A stretch of 64,000 nt of DNA from Eledone cirrhosa (lineage: Eukaryota). The notes below the pieces were generated by a model. It searched no databases, was not told the DNA's origin, and worked only from the letters and a program-made list of their open reading frames with translations. Shown here piece after piece: positions 57,371 through 64,000 of the stretch. Where the stretch lies: assembly GCA_964016885.1 (NCBI GenBank), contig OZ024762.1, positions 6,200,001 through 6,264,000 of the forward strand, given 5' to 3'. The translations under genes and the position numbers were made by a program. How positions within the stretch are numbered: position 1 is the first letter of the stretch; every line of letters begins with the position of its first letter.

Positions 57371-58201
57371 AAATATGTATCCGTGAATTTCTTGGTGGAG
57401 TAATGTAAGAAAAAGCTGATACTTCAAAACAATACTCTACACCGAAAAGGTATGAATGCCATACCCCTTTCCCCCATAATTCTTATGTCTAGCTATCTAA
57501 CAGATCCCTATTTTATTGCAGTAAATGTGCATAGCTTAGTGGCTAGGGTGTTTTATACATGATCGTGGGTCCGGTTTATGGCGACGCGCTTGTCCTTAAA
57601 CAAGACACTTTCAGTTGTATCTTTAATTCAAAGGGCCAGCTTTGTCACACGCTGTGAATCTTCCTGAGAACTATGTTAAGGATGCTCGCGTTTGTAGAAT
57701 TCTCAGCCACTTTCACGTTAGTTTCACGAGCAGGCTGTTCTATTGTTAGAATCAACTGGAACACTTGTCATCGGAACTGATGGTAGCCCGATATATATAT
57801 ATTGTTGGTTTTGGTATCTGACCGCTTTAAACAATTGAAGCAGTTAACTTGGCTCCGTTTGCAGGGCTGGGCAAATTTGAAGAAGTACACTTTCATCGAT
57901 GACACCGTTACTTCCGACTGCCATTGATTATTTTTAAGCAAATAGGCCATTGCTATGTTATCTTCTGTATATCGTTCAGCTCTAACAGATTTAGACCAAA
58001 ACGGCAATTATTTATTATAAGAAATTATTATTTTTACATGAAACAATTTAAACCAATGGAATAACTTGTTGTTTGTGGTCACCGTTTATCCAGGTATTTA
58101 TCTCGATACAAAAAACCTTGTCAATATTTCACTAACAACTTGCATTACGCCGGAGGTTAGGCGTTAGTCCTAATTCCTTGTCCATTCAACACAACATACA
58201 A

Positions 58202-60496
58202 ATGAACACTAACTATATATTCATTTTGCTGACTGGCAGTTTAACTGCTTTAAATATTTGTGTTGTTACTGGCACAGAGGACCTGTATGACGTTTTAGGT
58301 GTGAGCAAGTTCGCCTCGTCCCAGGAGATTAAAAAGGCCTATAAAAACTTAGCGAAAATATGGCATCCTGATAAAAATAACGACCCTCATGCTACGGACA
58401 AATTTATGAAAATTAACGAGGCTTATGAAACTCTGGCTGACAATGACAAACGCTCCCTGTACGACAGGCATGGCTACAGCTCTGCACAAGAACCACCCCC
58501 AGGTAGTCAAAGAGGAGCTGGTTTCGGTGACTCCATGTTTTTTAGGCATGGACCCTTCAGTTCATTTAATTTTAATTTTGGAGGTGGTGAATCTATTGTT
58601 GATAAATATACTATTTCTTTAAGATATTACGAGAGTCATGTTGTTCCCAACAGTTACAAACAGCCCTATTTTTTATACGCTTATACAGACTTTTGTTTTG
58701 CTTGCATGCATTACGAACCTTTGATTGAAAAATTAATCAAGGAACTCGAAGAAATTGGTTTTGGCGTAGCATCAGTTAACGTGGCTTCCAGTCGCCCCCT
58801 TGCTAGTAAACTCCGGTTGCATGAAATACCCCAAATCATGGGAGTGATAAACGGGCAGGTACATTATCTGAGAAAACAGGTATCAATGCAGATTCTCAGG
58901 GATTTCATCCGCAACCTTTTCCCAGCTAATATTATTCAACGTTTAGATGACAAAAGCATCCAAGAATTCTTGCTTGGTTGGTCAGATAATCGAGTGCGTG
59001 CGTTATTTTTCTCTCCAAAAGATAAAATTCCAGGTAGGTTTCTTGTACCTGCATTAAAATTCCAAGGGAAGATAGTATCTGGTTTCATAAACACAAAAGA
59101 GCAGTCTCTTGTGAGCAACAGTTTACAGAAATATAATATAAATAGTGGCAGAGATACTCTTGTCCTTGTGGGAGAAAACATCAACAGTACACTAGCAGTT
59201 ATCACCATGCCTTCATTGTCAAAAGCTAACGTGGAGGAATATATGAACACCTTCCAATTTTTGATACTGCCACGATTATCTTCTGAACTGTTTTTTGATG
59301 AAATCTGTTCCATTGAGAGCAGAGTTAAACAGAGAAAGTTGTGTGTTGTTCTTTTGACTCAGAAAACTGAGGAACATGATGCTCATCGAAGACTATTTCG
59401 AAAATATGTTCAGCAGACACCTTCCTTTGAGAATCGAGTGAAATTTTCATACATCTACAAAGATATTCAGTATCGGTTTGTTGACACTCTCGTAGATGGC
59501 AACCGCTCAGACAAGGCTGATGATGACAACATTATCAAGATTGTTATTCTATGGAGAATGAACAAAAACCATATAAATTATGAATGGGTTAAACCTGGTT
59601 GGTCACAAGAACCTCATGAAAACCAACTGGTTTGTCAAAACTTGGAAAAACGTTTGCATGAATTAATCTCTACTTCCAACAAACTTCATTACACTGCAGT
59701 ATATACCTCATTTTATAATGAAGATTCATCTGGAATGATTATGGAGATTCTAACAAAAATATCCAACGGCTTATATAATTTCTATGAATATATTACAGTA
59801 TGTGTAAGTAGCTTTGATGGTGCAACATGGCTTACTATTTGGTTATCTATAGTTATTACTGTGGTACTGTTTCAAAGGAAACTTTTGATGAAAGAAATGA
59901 AAAATAGACAAGCAGAGAAGAGAAAGCAACAGGAGTCGAGGGCTTCTGGTGAAAGATCACTGTACAGTAACTCAACTGTACATCTCCATGAACTTTGCAG
60001 TCAATCCTTCAATAGGTTGATAAAAAATGCAGATGCATGTTTAACAATCACAGTATTAGTTAACAAAGAAAGCAAAGAAAAATTATTGGCAAAATTTTTG
60101 CAAATCATTCAGCCATATTCTCGATCAACAACATTAAAGTTTGCATTCCTTCGATTAGATCATCATTTGAATTGGTATCAACAGTTATTGCAAGATAGTA
60201 AAGGTCTATCTGAGCCACTCTCTGAAACTAACTGCATTGGTACAGTAATTGCTATTAATGCTTATCGCAAGTACTATTACATTTTCCAATCAAAGAATGC
60301 CTCTAAATGGGCAAAAAAGACAAACTGCGGTAAGAAATGTTCCATATTTGACTCTGATTCAGATGAAGCTTGTGAAACTGAAAATGTCTTTGACGGATTT
60401 TTGGTAGGTTTGGAAATCTGGTTAGATAAAATAGTCGATGGATTGTTGCAAAGGATTTCTATTCAGAATTGGCCAGAAATGGAAAATTCTCTCTAA
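58202..60496 (+). CDS. DNAJC16: DnaJ homolog subfamily C member 16 (signal peptide, J domain, thioredoxin-like domain, TM); single coding exon
   Basis: First ATG at 58202 gives 764 aa. Hydrophobic leader, J domain (DLYDVLGV...WHPDKN...INEAYETL), Trx-like 'YTDFCFACMHYEP', TM 'WLTIWLSIVITVVLF'. Confidence 0.92.
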   Translation: MNTNYIFILLTGSLTALNICVVTGTEDLYDVLGVSKFASSQEIKKAYKNLAKIWHPDKNNDPHATDKFMKINEAYETLADNDKRSLYDRHGYSSAQEPPPGSQRGAGFGDSMFFRHGPFSSFNFNFGGGESIVDKYTISLRYYESHVVPNSYKQPYFLYAYTDFCFACMHYEPLIEKLIKELEEIGFGVASVNVASSRPLASKLRLHEIPQIMGVINGQVHYLRKQVSMQILRDFIRNLFPANIIQRLDDKSIQEFLLGWSDNRVRALFFSPKDKIPGRFLVPALKFQGKIVSGFINTKEQSLVSNSLQKYNINSGRDTLVLVGENINSTLAVITMPSLSKANVEEYMNTFQFLILPRLSSELFFDEICSIESRVKQRKLCVVLLTQKTEEHDAHRRLFRKYVQQTPSFENRVKFSYIYKDIQYRFVDTLVDGNRSDKADDDNIIKIVILWRMNKNHINYEWVKPGWSQEPHENQLVCQNLEKRLHELISTSNKLHYTAVYTSFYNEDSSGMIMEILTKISNGLYNFYEYITVCVSSFDGATWLTIWLSIVITVVLFQRKLLMKEMKNRQAEKRKQQESRASGERSLYSNSTVHLHELCSQSFNRLIKNADACLTITVLVNKESKEKLLAKFLQIIQPYSRSTTLKFAFLRLDHHLNWYQQLLQDSKGLSEPLSETNCIGTVIAINAYRKYYYIFQSKNASKWAKKTNCGKKCSIFDSDSDEACETENVFDGFLVGLEIWLDKIVDGLLQRISIQNWPEMENSL

Positions 60497-63400
60497 ATCA
60501 TTAAATTTTGTCCATTTTTTTTTATTGTATCGTTTGTATCTAGCAATTTTATTCCTGGTAATCTGTTGAGGCTGTCTTTTTGTGGCGACTGCTGTAAAAG
60601 AAAGAACTCAGTGCTATTCCATTGAAATTTAAAGTCATACATTCAACAGATCTCTCCTTGCAACAACATAAAACAGGTAAACAAAAATTGATTTACAGAT
60701 AGGATTATTTATTTCTAGTTTACTACCAACTAAAACACAGAATCAAAGTAAGCATGAGTCCAGATAACTTATTATTTAACTTCATATTGTTGTTTTTGTT
60801 TTGAAATTCTTATTTGTTGCAATTCTCTGGAACTTTTCTGTTACTCAAACAATGTCAACTATGTCGCCATCTGTATTCTCTCACTCTCTCTCTCACTCTG
60901 ATCACATTTTGGTGCCATTTTAGCATGTGGTCACTTACCTGGTCATTTTTCACTTTCATGTGCAGTCTGCTCTAACCACATCAGCTGAGGTCTCAGTAGA
61001 GAGGTCAGATGAGGTCAACACAGATATTGCACCCATATTTCATCAGTGAAAAATTCTTTAGAAAACAATGTGAACACAGAAAATAGTTTGGAATAGCTAA
61101 GCTATGTTATTTTGTGCAATACAACTTTGCATGAACATATATAACACCAACTGAATAAAGCAAGAAGATGAAGCCAACTTCCATTTTTTAAAAATCATCC
61201 TTTCCTCTCCATTTCCCCGCTTCAGTGATGTTGGTTGTCAAACTGATATGTCTTCTGATTGAGAGAAGCTATTTCTCATTTAAAAAATTTTTTTTTTTTA
61301 TTGCAATCAAGTTGGATTTTTCCATCCAGTCAAAACTTTGTCCACTTCATAAAAAGTAAAAAACTCCTTAATCTTCTACTCCATTATGTTGCACCACAAA
61401 AAAATAATAATAATAATAATAAAATTCATTATTTATAGCAAAACATCACATTTGTTTCTACCAATGAAGAATTTTTGTTTCTTTTTTACACATTTCACAT
61501 CTTTGCCAAATATTAAACAATTTTTATATGGAGAGAAAATACAAGAAAGAATTTTAACCCCCCCCCCCCCCCTCCATTATATATAATTCTTTTATACCTC
61601 TTCAAACAAAGACCAAACACTGATTTAATTAGATCTTAACCTCTGCACTCATTAATCTACACTATTCTAACACTAGTTTAGTATCTTATATATTGCTATC
61701 TACTCTTTATATTATTTAAGTAGGAGGTAGCTTCTATGTGGTTGCTTGACCTGCTGAAAATAGCAGCCAAATATTCTTCCTCACTAAGATCTTAGAAAAG
61801 AATGATACATCAGAAAATGCATTCTTAGGTGCACTGTGCCTAGGAAAATAGAAAGGATGGTTATGGCTAGAACAGCTTTGATCATATGTTTGCTTAACTA
61901 GGGCTGTTGACCTTGGGCTAAATAACCACAGCTCTTTGAGTACCACTGATACTTAGGTGATAAAGAACAGATGGTTATTATGGGTAGGGTACAGCTTTGA
62001 TCCAAGGCTGGAATGGAGCTAAATAACTATTTAAGTACCACTGTTACTTAGGTAAAATACTTCCAGCTGCCTGAGATTTGTGCAAGTCAACAAGTTAAAT
62101 ATGAAATCAAATGCTTCTAACTTTGGTATTGTAATTCATCTTTTAAGGTGTGTGGTGGAAGGCAAGAATAATCTTGAATATACTACCTGGTTGAGAAGAG
62201 CTACACCATATCCCAGCATGTCATAAAAAGTGACTAAAAGGGTTGGTGTCAGGAATGGAATCTGGCTATAAAACATTGCCTTAAAAAGCCTCGTGCAACC
62301 CATGCCGGTATGGAAAAGTCAACATAAAAACGACAATGCTATTCAAAATATTATTAAAACTAATTTATAATTTCAATTCAGTTCTGTACCTTCTCTTCTG
62401 AAGAGGTTGGAGATCTCTTGTTTCCAATCTAGTTGCCTCTGCATCCATCATTTCTTTAATGAGGCTTATTTCTAATGTTTTACTTAGAGATGTTCATGGA
62501 CAATTTGTTATACATGAGTAGGGTGGGCATTGTCCAATTCCTTGTCCATGCACAGATTCTTTGTGATAAACCGTAGTTGATGCTGCTGCCCATCAATTTG
62601 GGGCAGGTTTTTAGATAAATATAAAAATTTTAAAGCAGCAAATTGACAGAGTCTTTATAACATCAGAATGTATTGCAGTATTTGTTCCAGCTCTCTGTGC
62701 TCTCTGAATTCATGTCCTACCAGGATCAACTTTCAAAGTCAATAAAAAAAAAAAGTTAGCAGTTCACTTCTGGGGTCGATTCTTCCTTTCTATCACTCTC
62801 TCTCTCTCTCTCTCTCTGGAAGAAATTACTGTGTTCAGACGTGGAGAGGCTCTGGACTATGCCAGGTTTTAAAAAGTGCCCAAGAAACATTGTATATCAC
62901 AACAGTTCCCCTATAACTCCATCAGGAGTTACAAGTCTACACTAATTGACACACATATATACAAACATTTTAAAATAAACAGCTTAATATCACAGAACCA
63001 AGAGCAGTTTCAGGTGACTTAGTATGAAAAGTATTAATAGGATTAGAAAAAAAGAGTTTAATTTGGAGTGTTTTGGTCGAAGATAATTATGGAATAGCTA
63101 GTTGTGTGTGAAGATGGTTAAATGGAAAAGTTAGTGTTTGTGAAATGAATGTGAAGGCACATAGCCTAATGGTTAAAGTGTTGGACTTGCAATCATAAGG
63201 TTGTGAGTTTGATTCCTGAACCAGGTGGCACATTGTGTTCTTGAGCAAAATAATTCATTCCACATTGCTCCTTCTGTCAGGAATTGTGACTGACAGATAG
63301 TATCAACAATGGAAAAATAGTTTCTTTGGTCTGATCTGATGATCATCTTTCTTCTGCCAGGAATTTTGACTGACAAATAGTATCAGCAATGGAAAGACCA

Positions 63401-64000
63401 ATGGAAACACAGTTTCCTTGGTCCGATCTGACAGTCAGTTCTTTTCCTTCCTTTCTGAATGTGATCTTGTGAAGATGATTTTAGGAAAGTTGTTTCCTGG
63501 TAGGCAGTTTTTAAAATGGTAAGAAAAGAAAAACATTTTTTAATTGTTTCCTCTTGATGTTTTAAACCAATGACGATTGTTAATATAATTCCTTTTGATG
63601 ATGATGATTGTTACACTTTGTTTGATATTTTTCTTTTATATATATAATTTATATGCATTTATGACAAAATAATGTTGATGGTTGTAACTTATATTGTTTT
63701 TTTTAATCTCTTTTAATGTTTGTTTATTTTTTTTCCACAAATTGTGTGTGAAAACATTTATAAGCATATACCATATATACTCACACCCCCTCCTTTGTAT
63801 TGTAATATTTTGGATATATATAAAGTTATATCTGTGAACACAACAGACAGGGTAACTGAGACTGCACCAAATGATTAAACATCACTGATGATGGATAAAC
63901 ATTTTAAAACACTAGTGTCTGACATTCTCTCATGCCTACTGAGATAGCTGTGACATGATAACAGCTTAAAACCTTAGCAAGACATGTTTATTATACATAA

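Noticed and set aside
58178-58201. ORF-track start of DNAJC16 at TTG (and GTG start at 31399 for MTX1)
   Set aside because: Non-ATG starts from a prokaryotic-style caller; the first ATGs (58202, 31345) give the expected N-termini.

Overview
Eukaryotic, AT-rich, repeat-dense animal DNA. The microsatellite load and SINE/LINE families suggest a coleoid cephalopod such as Octopus (inference). Five protein-coding genes were reconstructed by hand with GT-AG introns and consistent phases: (1) a 2-coding-exon class A neuropeptide-type GPCR (+, 4152-12724); (2) metaxin-1 (-, 8 exons, 31345-21677, 329 aa); (3) RIO kinase 2 (+, 10 exons, 33073-47792, 520 aa), head-to-head with metaxin; (4) a UPF0729/C18orf32 homolog (-, 2 exons, 75 aa); (5) DNAJC16 with an intronless CDS (+, 58202-60496). 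The rest is tRNA-SINEs, RTE, CRE, Tx1, CR1/L2 and Penelope remnants, piggyBac, hAT and mariner MITEs, Helitron-like elements and many minisatellites. Most notable: the RIOK2 catalytic exon lies between two ~100-copy minisatellites, one built from its own 5' splice site inside a hairpin and one ending at the branch-point position. There are also three candidate self-cleaving ribozymes: an HDV-like fold at the 5' end of a TSD-bounded bipartite RTE element, and two type I hammerheads. Other items include a tandem array of Pol III promoter heads and two SINE insertions at one palindromic site forming a 125-bp intronic hairpin. All calls are by eye; no alignment or folding software was run.
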